Source of the DNA: a virus
Lineage: Duplodnaviria > Caudoviricetes
Reading direction: 5' to 3' (one strand)
Length of the DNA stretch: 24,838 nucleotides
IMG/VR virus record: IMGVR_UViG_3300009095_000069
Coordinates: 1 to 24,838 of that record
Shown: positions 14,124 to 24,133 of the stretch, piece after piece
Layout: every line of letters starts with the position of its first letter
Numbering within the stretch: the first letter of the stretch is position 1
Notes under the pieces: generated by a model
What the model saw: the letters and a program-made list of their open reading frames with translations, nothing else
Database searches by the model: none
Told to the model about the DNA's origin: nothing
Made by a program: the position numbers and the translations under genes

Positions 14124-16586
14124 ATGGAGCAAATAATGTATGACGTAATTGAATCCTTATGCGATGATGGGTGCAGTATCATGCCGGCAAAGGATAAATT
14201 CCCGTTCAGGCGGCAATGGAAGAAGTATGTTGACAACCCTATGGGTATTAGTGAAATCAGATACACCATGGCGGAGTACGATTTGGATTCTATTTGCCTG
14301 CTATGCGGAGGTGAAAAACAAATAGAAACCATAGATATTGATGACAAATACCTGCCCGGAATAGGTGCAAAAATACTAAGCCGTATCCATGATGTTGACG
14401 TAGAACTATATGACAAGCTACTTATAGGGAAAACCCTTAACAACGGATACCATATATACTACAAGATAGACGGAGGAGAAGCGGACGGTAATAAGAAGCT
14501 ATGTAAGCGTCATGCAACGAATGATGAACTTATAGATAAGCCGAATGAGGAGTACAAATGTTTCGTAGAAACAAGAGGTAAGGGGGGATTGGTAGTCATT
14601 CCTCCATCAAACGGGTACAACTTTATTAAGTTTCCTAAGATGATGGATGAAACAAACGTTAGGCTACCGAAACTTACATGGCTTGAACGCTGCTCCTTGA
14701 TGTCTATCGTAACGTCTTTTAATCAGGTCAATGATATACCAAAATCTGCACCATCAAACTTTAAGGACTACAATGCCAAATACGACAAAGACCCCGTTAC
14801 CGATTTTAATAACCGGTTCGATGTAGTTTCGTTTTTAGATAAGCACGGATGGAGTTACAGTTCGGAAAAGCGTGGGCAATACATATACTTCACACGTCCG
14901 GGCAAGGACAAAGGTGTAAGTGCAAGTTTTAACACCCAAACACGGTACACATGGATTTACACGTCATCCACCGGGCTTGATAGCGAAAAAGGGTATTCCC
15001 CGTTTTCTTTGTTTGGGATATTGGAGTACAATAGTGATTTCAAAAAAGCCTTTCAGGGGGTTATAGAATTGGGTTTTGGGGAGTTAAAACCTGCCGAGAA
15101 GAAGAAGTTAACGCAGCTCACCACAAGTAATATCCTGTTGGGTAAAAACTATGCGATACCCAGTCAGATAGACAATGAGGAGTTTAAGGAGCATCTTGAC
15201 GAGCAGATACAGATGTATCCGTATGGTATCTTTTGGGAACAGCGGGAACATCGTGGTAAAATAGTGGCTGATGTAGATAGGACAAGGCTTTATGAGGTTA
15301 TGGACAACTTAGGGTTTAGGCTATACAAAGGTGATTTGGTAAGAGTAAAGGAGAATGAGCATGTTGTCAATTCCACAAACCAATGGGTGTTCCCGACACA
15401 AAGGAAGGAGCTTATAAACGTTCTAAAGAACTACACCCAAGAGGCAAAAGACACCGTGATAAGGAATGCCATTGATGCATTTTCGGAGCGGCATTTAAAG
15501 CACATAGTTGAGAACCTAAGAGATATTAAGCGTAGTGATTTCTTAAATGATGACAAGTCCACCTGTTACAAGTTCTTTAAGAATTGCATCGTGTTCATGA
15601 CAAAAGACGGAGTAACAGTCAGGGATTATGCCTCCTATGATAACAAGCTATTTCACGACTATAAATTTATAAACTACGAGTTCAAGTCTGGATTTAAAAA
15701 GAGATTATCGAACGATGGCAAGTGGATAGAATTTGTAAGTTTAGCCAGCACCAGTTACGGGCGTGCTATGGAGTGCGCAAGCTATTTGATACACGATTTC
15801 AAAAGTTCCGATACGTCCTATATTATTGGTCTTACGGAGGAGTGCGAGAACCCTAAGAACGGAGGCGGTGCGGGTAAAAACCTATTTATGAACCTATTGG
15901 GCAACCTAATTAGCATCAAGTCCGTACCGGGTGAGCAGGTTAAGCTGGACGAAAGATTTTTGCAGCAATGGGATGGAGAAAGGGTGTATAGTTTAAGCGA
16001 TGTACCCAAGCGATTTAACTATATGTTCTTAAAAGAATTGATAACCGGAGCAGGTACAAACAAAAAACTATGGTCTAACATACAAGTTATTGAGCCGGAG
16101 GATATGCCCAAGTTCGCCTTTTCCACTAACTTTTCGTTCAACATAACGGATGGTGCTTTGGCTCGTAGAGGTAGGACGATAGAGTTTACCGATTTCTTTA
16201 CCCGATCCAAAGGTGTTGACGTATATTTTGCCGAAAAGTACAACCACCCTACCGGATTTTTCCCTGAAAACAGATATTTTGAGCGAGGAGCAAATGTGGA
16301 AACATGTTGGACGGAATACGATTGGGATTGTTTTTTTTATGACGTATTTGATGCGATGACGTTGTTTTTATCGAGAGGGTGTAAGATACCCGAAGCAACG
16401 CTAAGCGATGGCGGTTGGAACAAGGCATTTACTTCGCAGTTTGGCGACAATACCATGCACTTTATTGAGGATACCATTCAGAAGTTTGTGGATAGGGGTT
16501 TTGTGAGCAATGAGGACATTAGAGCCACCAATGAAGAAGATTTTGTCAATGATTTGATAGCATTCAACCATATTGAAGTGATATAA
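14124..16586 (+). CDS. Bifunctional primase-polymerase (AEP/Prim-Pol) fused to a P-loop helicase-like domain
   Basis: ETIDID, T..NGYHIYY, ETRGKGGLVVIPPS; RPGK..GVSA; C-terminal GGAGKNLF (Walker A), FSTNF, ALARRG. Confidence 0.85.
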   Translation: MEQIMYDVIESLCDDGCSIMPAKDKFPFRRQWKKYVDNPMGISEIRYTMAEYDLDSICLLCGGEKQIETIDIDDKYLPGIGAKILSRIHDVDVELYDKLLIGKTLNNGYHIYYKIDGGEADGNKKLCKRHATNDELIDKPNEEYKCFVETRGKGGLVVIPPSNGYNFIKFPKMMDETNVRLPKLTWLERCSLMSIVTSFNQVNDIPKSAPSNFKDYNAKYDKDPVTDFNNRFDVVSFLDKHGWSYSSEKRGQYIYFTRPGKDKGVSASFNTQTRYTWIYTSSTGLDSEKGYSPFSLFGILEYNSDFKKAFQGVIELGFGELKPAEKKKLTQLTTSNILLGKNYAIPSQIDNEEFKEHLDEQIQMYPYGIFWEQREHRGKIVADVDRTRLYEVMDNLGFRLYKGDLVRVKENEHVVNSTNQWVFPTQRKELINVLKNYTQEAKDTVIRNAIDAFSERHLKHIVENLRDIKRSDFLNDDKSTCYKFFKNCIVFMTKDGVTVRDYASYDNKLFHDYKFINYEFKSGFKKRLSNDGKWIEFVSLASTSYGRAMECASYLIHDFKSSDTSYIIGLTEECENPKNGGGAGKNLFMNLLGNLISIKSVPGEQVKLDERFLQQWDGERVYSLSDVPKRFNYMFLKELITGAGTNKKLWSNIQVIEPEDMPKFAFSTNFSFNITDGALARRGRTIEFTDFFTRSKGVDVYFAEKYNHPTGFFPENRYFERGANVETCWTEYDWDCFFYDVFDAMTLFLSRGCKIPEATLSDGGWNKAFTSQFGDNTMHFIEDTIQKFVDRGFVSNEDIRATNEEDFVNDLIAFNHIEVI

Positions 16587-16611
16587 ATTGCTTCGTTTTT
16601 TTAATAACAGG

Positions 16612-16644
16612 AGGGCTGCCAATAGGTGGCCCTTTTCTTTTTTT
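16612..16644 (+). terminator. Rho-independent terminator
   Basis: AGGGCTGCC-AATA-GGTGGCCCT followed by a T-rich tract. Confidence 0.8.
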
Positions 16645-16683
16645 CAAATCTATAATTATTCATTAATTAACCTAATTAATTAT

Positions 16684-16691
16684 TATCTTTG
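16684..16691 (+). promoter_or_regulatory. Bacteroidota sigma70 -7 element (TAnnTTTG)
   Basis: TATCTTTG in an AT-rich gap after the terminator, 15 nt before ATG 16707. Confidence 0.5.
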
Positions 16692-16706
16692 TACAAACAC
16701 AAAATA

Positions 16707-18137
16707 ATGGTAAAATCAAGGGTACTAAAGCTTCAGAAGATAAAATGGCAGGAGTTAACATTCCTACAGGATGAAAATTTTAAAGAGTGGATTGATGGTG
16801 GCGATCAGAAGCTCCTTCAGTCAATTTTGAAGTACCAATTTATAGATCCATTTAAGGTTTGGGAACACGATGGAAAGCTTTATTGCCTTGATGGGAAACA
16901 CCGGGTTTTAGACCTTACAAAGGTAAAAGCTTCAGGAGTTGAAGTACCGGATGAGCTGGATGCCACTTTTATCGATTGTAGGGATAGAAGCGAAGCAGCT
17001 GAATTGGTCCTGGTGTATTCATCTGCCTATGCAAAGGTTACTCAGCAAGGGTTATTTGATTTCGTTGAAAAGTTCAATTTGGACATTCCCGATTTAAAGG
17101 GAATCATTGCAATACCCGATTTTTCCATTGAGCGTTTCGAACAGAAGTTTGATGTTTATAACATCGATGAAGAAGAAGAGCCTCTTCCGGATGAAATTGA
17201 GGAAAGCGATATCATTGTAAAGCCAGGAGATATTTTTGAAATAAATGGACATCGCCTAATTTGTGGCTCATTCACTGATGTCAATAGCGTTAATGAATTA
17301 ATGAAAGGGGAGCAAGCCAGAATAGTAATTTGCGACCCGCCATACAACCTCCCGGCAGACTTCTTTCTCAAAGACAACAAACGAACAAATAACCATGAAG
17401 ATTTTGCCATGGGTGCTGGTGAGATGACAGACGAGGAGTTTTCTCAATTCCTGGCCCTGATAATGCAACGATCAGTGGAAAATACAGTTCCCGGAGCCAT
17501 TCATTACATATTTATGGATTTCCGGCACGGTTGGCATATGTGCGAAGCAGCAAGAACAATTTACGGAAGCCCAATCCCAAAACAGCAGATAACCTGGTAT
17601 AAAGATATTATGGCTAATGGGTCTTTCTACCGTTCACAAAAAGAACTTTGTTTCATTTTCTCTGATGAAAAAGCAATACCACTTTGGCAAAACGATCTCA
17701 TTGATGAAGGAGGATTTTACAAGGATGAGGAAGAACTGTGCTATATTTTCAAAAATGGTGACGGAGCAAAGCACCTTTCTCACCTAGATCTGAAAGACAG
17801 AATTAGAACGAACGTTTGGAAATATCCATCAGGAGCAAGTAGAGCCAACCCGGATTACGATCAGTTAAAAAACCATCCAACACCGAAGCCAGTAGCGATG
17901 ATAGCAGATGCAATCCTAGACACCACCAACCCGGGTGATATTGTCATTGACTGGTTCCTTGGTAGTGGCACCTGTTTAATAGCTTGTGAACAGACCGGAA
18001 GAAAAGGAAGGTTCACAGAGATTGAACCAAAATACATTCAATCTGATATCATTAGGTTCAAAACCTATTGCAATAGACTGGGCATTGATTTGAAATTCAA
18101 TCACTTAAATGGAAATTTAAAAATTGAAGATTTTTAG
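16707..18137 (+). CDS. ParB-like N-terminus plus N6-adenine/N4-cytosine DNA methyltransferase (beta class)
   Basis: LDGKHR (ParB-like); GDIFEINGHRLICG, DPPY, HPTPKP, DWFLGSGT; typical pre-terminase methylase. Confidence 0.9.
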   Translation: MVKSRVLKLQKIKWQELTFLQDENFKEWIDGGDQKLLQSILKYQFIDPFKVWEHDGKLYCLDGKHRVLDLTKVKASGVEVPDELDATFIDCRDRSEAAELVLVYSSAYAKVTQQGLFDFVEKFNLDIPDLKGIIAIPDFSIERFEQKFDVYNIDEEEEPLPDEIEESDIIVKPGDIFEINGHRLICGSFTDVNSVNELMKGEQARIVICDPPYNLPADFFLKDNKRTNNHEDFAMGAGEMTDEEFSQFLALIMQRSVENTVPGAIHYIFMDFRHGWHMCEAARTIYGSPIPKQQITWYKDIMANGSFYRSQKELCFIFSDEKAIPLWQNDLIDEGGFYKDEEELCYIFKNGDGAKHLSHLDLKDRIRTNVWKYPSGASRANPDYDQLKNHPTPKPVAMIADAILDTTNPGDIVIDWFLGSGTCLIACEQTGRKGRFTEIEPKYIQSDIIRFKTYCNRLGIDLKFNHLNGNLKIEDF

Positions 18138-18224
18138 CATTGATTAAATAGTTAAAATTTAAATATGCGTTTATATGGCATAATGGGATAACGAACAGTA
18201 AATTCGCTGCTCCTAAATGCTAAA

Positions 18225-18464
18225 ATGATGAACGATCACGATTTGCTAATCCACTTGAAAATGAAAAATCAAATTATTGACTACTTCACGGATGAACTAA
18301 GGATTCATTCCGAAACGTTGAAATCATTTTACGATATGCCTATCCAAACAGAGACGAGCGATCAAGCTAAGAGTCTTCGTGAGGTTGAGGCAATTAAACT
18401 ACGTGACCGGATTAATGAGTTGAACCGGCACATATCAATCATCAAACGGATGTTTCCAAAGTAA
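18225..18464 (+). CDS. Hypothetical coiled-coil protein
   Basis: 79 aa; TAATG overlap with the next gene. Confidence 0.7.
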   Translation: MMNDHDLLIHLKMKNQIIDYFTDELRIHSETLKSFYDMPIQTETSDQAKSLREVEAIKLRDRINELNRHISIIKRMFPK

Positions 18465-18937
18465 TGGCAGGTTATAATAAATGTGACAAATTAGAGCTAT
18501 CCAAACGGATTCGAGCGGTTCAGGAATATGTCTTGATGGACTATAGCCGCAGTGACATTATAGCTCAGGCAATGACCCAATGGGGCATTTCCAAGTCTCA
18601 GGCAGTCAGGTATTACTATTTAGCCTATGATAGTTGGCAGGAGATTACGGAGAAAGACACAGCTCGTCGGCTTAATTATCATATCCACAAACGAATGAAG
18701 CTTCTTCGTCAAATTGACCGGGAATACCTTAAGACACCTCAGGGTGTAAAGGCTCAGCTTGACATTGTTCAGGATTTGGCAAAGCTGGAAGGTTTATATG
18801 TCCGGAAGCTTGAGGTTACCGGCAAAGAAGGAGAGCCAATTGCTATTAAAGTGGATCCATCACCGATTGATTATTCAAAGCTTTCAGACGCTGCATTAGA
18901 TGAAATTATAAAAGCACGAATTGATGAAGAATTATGA
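18464..18937 (+). CDS. Probable terminase small subunit
   Basis: HTH-like N-terminus; LAKLEGLY...EVTGKEGEPI...DYSKLSD..L; ATGA-coupled to TerL. Confidence 0.7.
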   Translation: MAGYNKCDKLELSKRIRAVQEYVLMDYSRSDIIAQAMTQWGISKSQAVRYYYLAYDSWQEITEKDTARRLNYHIHKRMKLLRQIDREYLKTPQGVKAQLDIVQDLAKLEGLYVRKLEVTGKEGEPIAIKVDPSPIDYSKLSDAALDEIIKARIDEEL

Positions 18938-20493
18938 GGGCACGCAAAATACTAAGGGAGCAGGCTAGACAGATCGTAAAGGATGAAGCAAAGATTCTCA
19001 TTGACACAAACCTTGCATTAGGTGAGAAGTGTAATAGACGGCTTTCGTTTTTTGTAAAAGAGTTTTGGAGTGTAATCATCCCGGATAAATTGGTTTGGAA
19101 TTGGCACCTTGATATCCTTTGCAATGAAATACAAGTAGTTTATGATCGTGTAATCGGGTATGAAGTTGAGGATCCTAATGATCCTGAAAAAAAAATAAGA
19201 GTTCGCCTCCCAAAGCTTTACGACCTAATCATCAATATCCCTCCCGGTACTTCAAAGTCTACAATCTGTACCATAATGGCACCGGCCTGGAGCTGGGGGA
19301 AGGATTCTTCGCTCCGGCACATGACCGGATCTTACTCTGCAAACCTATCCATGGACCACTCTGTAAAAAGCAGAGATATCATCAAGAGTGACAAATATCG
19401 TAGGTACTTTCCCAATGTTATCATCAAAAAGGATGAGGATAATAAAACCAATTTCAGGACCACCAATAATGGCCAGAGGTTTGTTACCTCTACCGGAGGG
19501 GCAGCAACCGGTGTGCACGCCCATATCATTACCATTGATGACCCTTTAAACCCCAAGCAAGCAGCTTCTGCAGTTCAATTGCTTGAAGCTAATAATTGGT
19601 TTGACAAAACCCTTTCCACTCGTAAGGTTGATAAGGATGTAACACCTACCATCCTAATAATGCAGCGGCTTGCAACGGATGATCCTACAGGGCATTTACT
19701 TGAAAAACGTGGGAATAAAATAAGGCATGTTTGTTTACCTGGTTCTTTGGAGTCGGGAACAGTTAAACCATCCAAATATGAGAAGTATTACAAGGATGGA
19801 CTGTTAGACCCGTTGAGGTTAAGCAGGAAAGTATTGGGTGAGTTAAAGACAGATCTTGGGTCGTCCGGCTTCTCCGGTCAGGTTGGGCAGTCACCAGTAC
19901 CTGCAGCAGGTTTAACGTGGCAGAAATGGTTTATAGAGGTGCCGGATGAAGTTTTTCCGCCGGTATCAATGATGGATAAGTATGGAACAGATTGGGATTT
20001 GGCTTACACTAGTGATGATGAAAATTCAGCAAGTGCTTATGTTTCTGCAGGCAGGATTGGAGTAAAACGATACATTGAGGATTTAGATTGGAAATGGCTT
20101 GAATTTCCTGAATTAATCAAGTGGATGAAAAGCATCAAGGGGCCACATTATATTGAAGCTAAAGCGACTGGGAAAAGCGCCAAACAAACTCTTACCAAAC
20201 TTGGAATACCAGCGATTGAGATAGCAGTGAAAGGAGGGGATAAAGTTGCAAGAGCTAATATGGCCACTCCGTGGGCAGAATCGGGAATGGTTTATATCAG
20301 GAAGTCCTTAGTCGACAAGCTGTATAATGACTCAAAGCAGGGTATATTGTTTTTCCCGAAAGGGCCTTTTACCGATTTAAATGATGCTTTGACTCAATCC
20401 TTACAACGCCTGGCTCAAAATTCAGGATTAGTAGTTGCCGGGGATGAGCCTGATAATTCATCTGATTTGGATTGGTTAGATCATGAATTTTGA
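18934..20493 (+). CDS. terL: Terminase large subunit
   Basis: NWHLD..C; INIPPGTSKS (Walker A); TGVHAHIITIDDP; IMQRL; WDLA, IEAKATG, DK..RA, D..DAL nuclease motifs. Confidence 0.93.
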   Translation: MRARKILREQARQIVKDEAKILIDTNLALGEKCNRRLSFFVKEFWSVIIPDKLVWNWHLDILCNEIQVVYDRVIGYEVEDPNDPEKKIRVRLPKLYDLIINIPPGTSKSTICTIMAPAWSWGKDSSLRHMTGSYSANLSMDHSVKSRDIIKSDKYRRYFPNVIIKKDEDNKTNFRTTNNGQRFVTSTGGAATGVHAHIITIDDPLNPKQAASAVQLLEANNWFDKTLSTRKVDKDVTPTILIMQRLATDDPTGHLLEKRGNKIRHVCLPGSLESGTVKPSKYEKYYKDGLLDPLRLSRKVLGELKTDLGSSGFSGQVGQSPVPAAGLTWQKWFIEVPDEVFPPVSMMDKYGTDWDLAYTSDDENSASAYVSAGRIGVKRYIEDLDWKWLEFPELIKWMKSIKGPHYIEAKATGKSAKQTLTKLGIPAIEIAVKGGDKVARANMATPWAESGMVYIRKSLVDKLYNDSKQGILFFPKGPFTDLNDALTQSLQRLAQNSGLVVAGDEPDNSSDLDWLDHEF

Positions 20494-20534
20494 GCCGGTA
20501 TTTAATATTTAATTAAGTTGATAAATAATTTAGT

Positions 20535-20542
20535 TAATTTTG
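20535..20542 (+). promoter_or_regulatory. Bacteroidota -7 element (TAnnTTTG)
   Basis: TAATTTTG in an AT-rich intergenic gap, 16 nt before ATG 20559. Confidence 0.4.
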
Positions 20543-20558
20543 ATAAAACTAAATAGTG

Positions 20559-21377
20559 ATGAGAAAAAACGAAATACCCAACGCTGCAGAAGTCCGCAAA
20601 GTTGCAGAGCTATTACGAAGCACACAGACTCAAATTAAGGAAATACTTAAGGATGCACAAGGCATGCAGTACTTGTCTGATCTTACTTGCGATCAAATTA
20701 GAACGATTGAACGACGCCTTTACGGGATTGTTGGGCTACAAATGGATAACGACCCAGTATCTAATCTTGAGTTTAAGCCTTTACAAAAAATCATGGGGAT
20801 AGCTGTTGACATTCGGAAGCCAATTAAGGACGAAGATCTACAACCAACCAAGACAGAAAAAGAAAAGCTCCGGGAGCGTATCATGAGTTTTTATGAAGAG
20901 ATGCAAGGAATGCTTGACGATAAGGTATTGGAAGTGTTACATGAGCCTGATGGGGTGGCCGTGCTAAGAGGAGCGGCAAAACTTGCTGATGTGAAGAATT
21001 GGAGAGAGGGAGAGTTAAACATCTTGTTTGTTCAGGAAATTAAGTTGGGCTATGCCAGTCAATTCAACATCAAAAAAGCTTTAGAAGAAGTTGAGGAGAA
21101 CGCTTCATTGCCTACTGATGAAGAAGTAATTAAGCAATCTATTGCCGAGGAGGAGAGCGATGTCCAGGGAGGAGACGAAGTAGAGAAATTGGGTATTGAC
21201 TTTGGCGACAGCCTTGCTGAAGAGAAGAGCGATGATACTACCGGACTAAAGGAGGAAACGGAAACAGAGATTCGAAGGAAAGAAGCAAAGCGTATGAGGG
21301 ATGAAGGCTTTACCAATAAGGATATTGCCCATGAGCTTAAGGTAAGTGTTCAGACTGTTTCAAACTATTTAAAATGA
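20559..21377 (+). CDS. Hypothetical protein with C-terminal HTH
   Basis: GFTNKDIAHELKVSVQTVSNYL; acidic linker. Confidence 0.8.
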   Translation: MRKNEIPNAAEVRKVAELLRSTQTQIKEILKDAQGMQYLSDLTCDQIRTIERRLYGIVGLQMDNDPVSNLEFKPLQKIMGIAVDIRKPIKDEDLQPTKTEKEKLRERIMSFYEEMQGMLDDKVLEVLHEPDGVAVLRGAAKLADVKNWREGELNILFVQEIKLGYASQFNIKKALEEVEENASLPTDEEVIKQSIAEEESDVQGGDEVEKLGIDFGDSLAEEKSDDTTGLKEETETEIRRKEAKRMRDEGFTNKDIAHELKVSVQTVSNYLK

Positions 21378-22267
21378 TTACCGAGAAATTAGAAGGTCTA
21401 ACCATTAGTTATCCTGAGGGGCAGCATGAAGTTACCCTTCAGGATGCTATTACCTTTTATGATCAGTATGGGCTTGAACTAGCTAATAGAGCAAAGGAAA
21501 TTGATGAATTGGAGGATGGGTTAACAAAGGAACTTGAAGCCATCAGGATAGGAGTTGACCAAGCCTTTTCTTTAATATCATTATTTTCTGGCCATACAAT
21601 TGAAACGCTCCACAATCATTTAAGTATCTACCATGCAATGGCCTTTTCAAAGGAAAAGCTAGAGCATCTTCTAAATTCAACCGATGAAGGCTTCAAGCTT
21701 CAATTTACCCATAAGGGAGAAACTTTATTTCTACAAGAGCCTTCACTCACACCAAAGTCAAAGTGTGAATTTGGTGAAATTATAGACTCCAAGGTAATGA
21801 TTCAAAATATCGTTGAAGAAAAGAAAAGCCGTTGGGAAATGCTGCTTTATGTGGCAGCTATTTTCTTACGTCGAGAAGGAGAGCCATACTCTGAAGAATT
21901 TATTTTCGATGATAGCGGACGATTAAATATTTACCGGTTATTGCCTCTGGACATTGCTATTCAGATCGGTGCCTGGTATGACTCCTTCAATCAATATCTA
22001 TATGATTACTTCCCGGTGTTCCATGATTCGGAAGTGAAGTCTGGAGCAAACATGAGGCGCCACATGGAACAATGGGGCTGGGTAAACTTTTTAAAAGAAG
22101 TTGCCAAGACTAAAATTTATGACATCCCGGATAGTGGTTTAAACAGCATCGATTGTGCTAGAAGAGCTAAGGCATTTGATGTGCTTGTTGATGCAAGTGA
22201 AAGTAAACTTAACAATGAGGCCTATTCCTTAGACATGGAAGCGGCCCATAAAAAGAACAATTCATAA
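21374..22267 (+). CDS. Hypothetical protein (morphogenesis region; paralog of 23513-24133)
   Basis: 297 aa, coupled at both ends. Confidence 0.8.
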   Translation: MITEKLEGLTISYPEGQHEVTLQDAITFYDQYGLELANRAKEIDELEDGLTKELEAIRIGVDQAFSLISLFSGHTIETLHNHLSIYHAMAFSKEKLEHLLNSTDEGFKLQFTHKGETLFLQEPSLTPKSKCEFGEIIDSKVMIQNIVEEKKSRWEMLLYVAAIFLRREGEPYSEEFIFDDSGRLNIYRLLPLDIAIQIGAWYDSFNQYLYDYFPVFHDSEVKSGANMRRHMEQWGWVNFLKEVAKTKIYDIPDSGLNSIDCARRAKAFDVLVDASESKLNNEAYSLDMEAAHKKNNS

Positions 22268-22872
22268 TGTTATCATACCCATACATTGAATCGGTTTTCA
22301 AGTCCGTATTAGCCCAAAGCTTTGTAATGCAAGGAAGGTTTTATTCATCACCACACTTTGGGTCAGAACTTAATACTTCCAACCTTGAACAGGTTTTGGA
22401 ACGAGCAATCGGCAATTATAAATCAAAGGAGTATCCACTTTGTTTAATGCTGCCTCCTCGTTCTATGGGTGATTATACTTCTGATCATTTCAAAGATGAA
22501 TATCAAATCACCCTTTACTTTCTTACATCGACATACAGAACGACCAAGAATCAGATTAAGGTTCCAAATACCGATGCACTTGTAAGCCAACACCCGATTG
22601 TATTTGACTGGCATGACATGAAACGTTGTGCAGTCAATTTCATAAAGGTTTTATCCGAGTTATCAATTGGCCAAAGGTTCTTTATAGGGAATAGACAGGT
22701 GGCTGTTATCGATCCTATTTCGACTATAGGGAATGACAATGTAAGTGGAGTAATGATAACCTTCAATTTAATCATAAATGAGCTATGTGCATTGGAGGAT
22801 TACACAGAAGATTATACCAGTAAAATAATTCTTCCGGAACCTTCGGATATACACCCTGAGCACCTGCATTAG
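22267..22872 (+). CDS. Putative virion structural protein (tail-completion-like)
   Basis: YPLCLM..., D...G.....F.L pattern; position; function inferred. Confidence 0.5.
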   Translation: MLSYPYIESVFKSVLAQSFVMQGRFYSSPHFGSELNTSNLEQVLERAIGNYKSKEYPLCLMLPPRSMGDYTSDHFKDEYQITLYFLTSTYRTTKNQIKVPNTDALVSQHPIVFDWHDMKRCAVNFIKVLSELSIGQRFFIGNRQVAVIDPISTIGNDNVSGVMITFNLIINELCALEDYTEDYTSKIILPEPSDIHPEHLH

Positions 22873-22944
22873 GTTTTTATCCGGCCGGTGGGCAAACCCA
22901 TACGAAACGCAATACTGTATTGTTTATAATAAAAATGTAAATAA

Positions 22945-23253
22945 ATGAATAGTTACTCCAAAGAAATGACCCCTGAAGAAGAAGTAGCTTTTCTTGCTAA
23001 GCTGAAAAGAGCAAAGGAAGGCGAAGCAATGCCGCAACCGGAAGCCTATGAATTTAAACCTAAAGTGAGAAAAATGGCCATGGTTGGTAAACTGAAAACT
23101 GAACAGGAAGAGAAACCAAGCTCCTTAGAAAACACCATTCTAATTGAGAGGATGAAGGCTTACGCCAAGCGGTATTTAAATCGTCACCCGGGTACAAAAC
23201 CAGAGCGTTTAAAACGAATTGTTTCAAAAAAATTCAATATCACACTAACATGA
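22945..23253 (+). CDS. Hypothetical basic protein
   Basis: 102 aa ORF. Confidence 0.7.
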   Translation: MNSYSKEMTPEEEVAFLAKLKRAKEGEAMPQPEAYEFKPKVRKMAMVGKLKTEQEEKPSSLENTILIERMKAYAKRYLNRHPGTKPERLKRIVSKKFNITLT

Positions 23254-23516
23254 GTTTACAGAAAACAGCTTTACTGATTCCTAAGGAATACCGTGATAAA
23301 CTTCTAGAAGAGAATGTTATCTACAAGGCAATTGCCAGCAGTTCAGACCGACACATGAAAATATTATTCACAATCTGGACTACGTTCGTTGACCCTAATG
23401 GAGGTGATGACTTAGGATGTCCATATTGTATTAAAAACATCCTTGACAGCTTTAAGGTGCTTGAGCCATATTTAATTGAAGCAGCTAAGAATGAAAAAAT
23501 ACTGGAAGACCTATGA
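23250..23516 (+). CDS. Hypothetical protein with CPYC
   Basis: 88 aa; ATGA overlaps at both ends. Confidence 0.7.
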   Translation: MSLQKTALLIPKEYRDKLLEENVIYKAIASSSDRHMKILFTIWTTFVDPNGGDDLGCPYCIKNILDSFKVLEPYLIEAAKNEKILEDL

Positions 23517-24133
23517 ATATAAAAATTGACAACAAAGCCTTTCAGGTACCAACCGCTATTGAGGATATAACCATAGGCCAGTATGTAGGGTTTTGGCAAA
23601 CTTATGGGGAAACAATCCGAGAGGAGATCGTGGCACTGGAGGCTAACGAAGATTTTCTTTCCCGAGAAGTGGAAACCTACCTGTTACATATGCAGATGGC
23701 ATGTAGGCATATTTCACATTTCACCGGGATAGGCTTGGCCAAAGTGGAGTCAGAGGTTGATATTCAGCAAGCGCTCAATTTATATTCTATTTACAAAATG
23801 ATTTCCGATGACGAAATTAATGGATCGGAAATCATAAAAGAGTTTAGTGTTGGTGGGTTTAATCTGAAGTTTAACCCACCATTTACTAATCAAGCCGGGG
23901 TTTCCTATGGTGACTTAATATTTGCTCACCGTGTAATTCCAAAATTTGAAAAAATCAGTAAAGGGGATTATTCTTTAATCCCAGAAGTTGTTGGCGAATA
24001 CTACAAGTGTGACGAGGCAGATTCAAATCAAATTAATGAACTGGTAAGCGAGGCATCATTAAAGGTTTGGGTTGGTATTTCAGAATTCATTAAGGTAACG
24101 CTTAATACAATAGTTAGGCAAATAGAAAACTAA
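23513..24133 (+). CDS. Hypothetical protein (paralog of 21374-22267)
   Basis: 206 aa; VPTAIEDITIGQY. Confidence 0.8.
   Translation: MNIKIDNKAFQVPTAIEDITIGQYVGFWQTYGETIREEIVALEANEDFLSREVETYLLHMQMACRHISHFTGIGLAKVESEVDIQQALNLYSIYKMISDDEINGSEIIKEFSVGGFNLKFNPPFTNQAGVSYGDLIFAHRVIPKFEKISKGDYSLIPEVVGEYYKCDEADSNQINELVSEASLKVWVGISEFIKVTLNTIVRQIEN

Noticed and set aside
20602-20802. 66 aa alternative-frame ORF
   Set aside because: Nested in the 20559 gene with no independent support.
60-23599. Minus-strand ORFs in the six-frame track
   Set aside because: All are short, lie opposite convincing + strand genes or RNA elements, and lack recognisable motifs.
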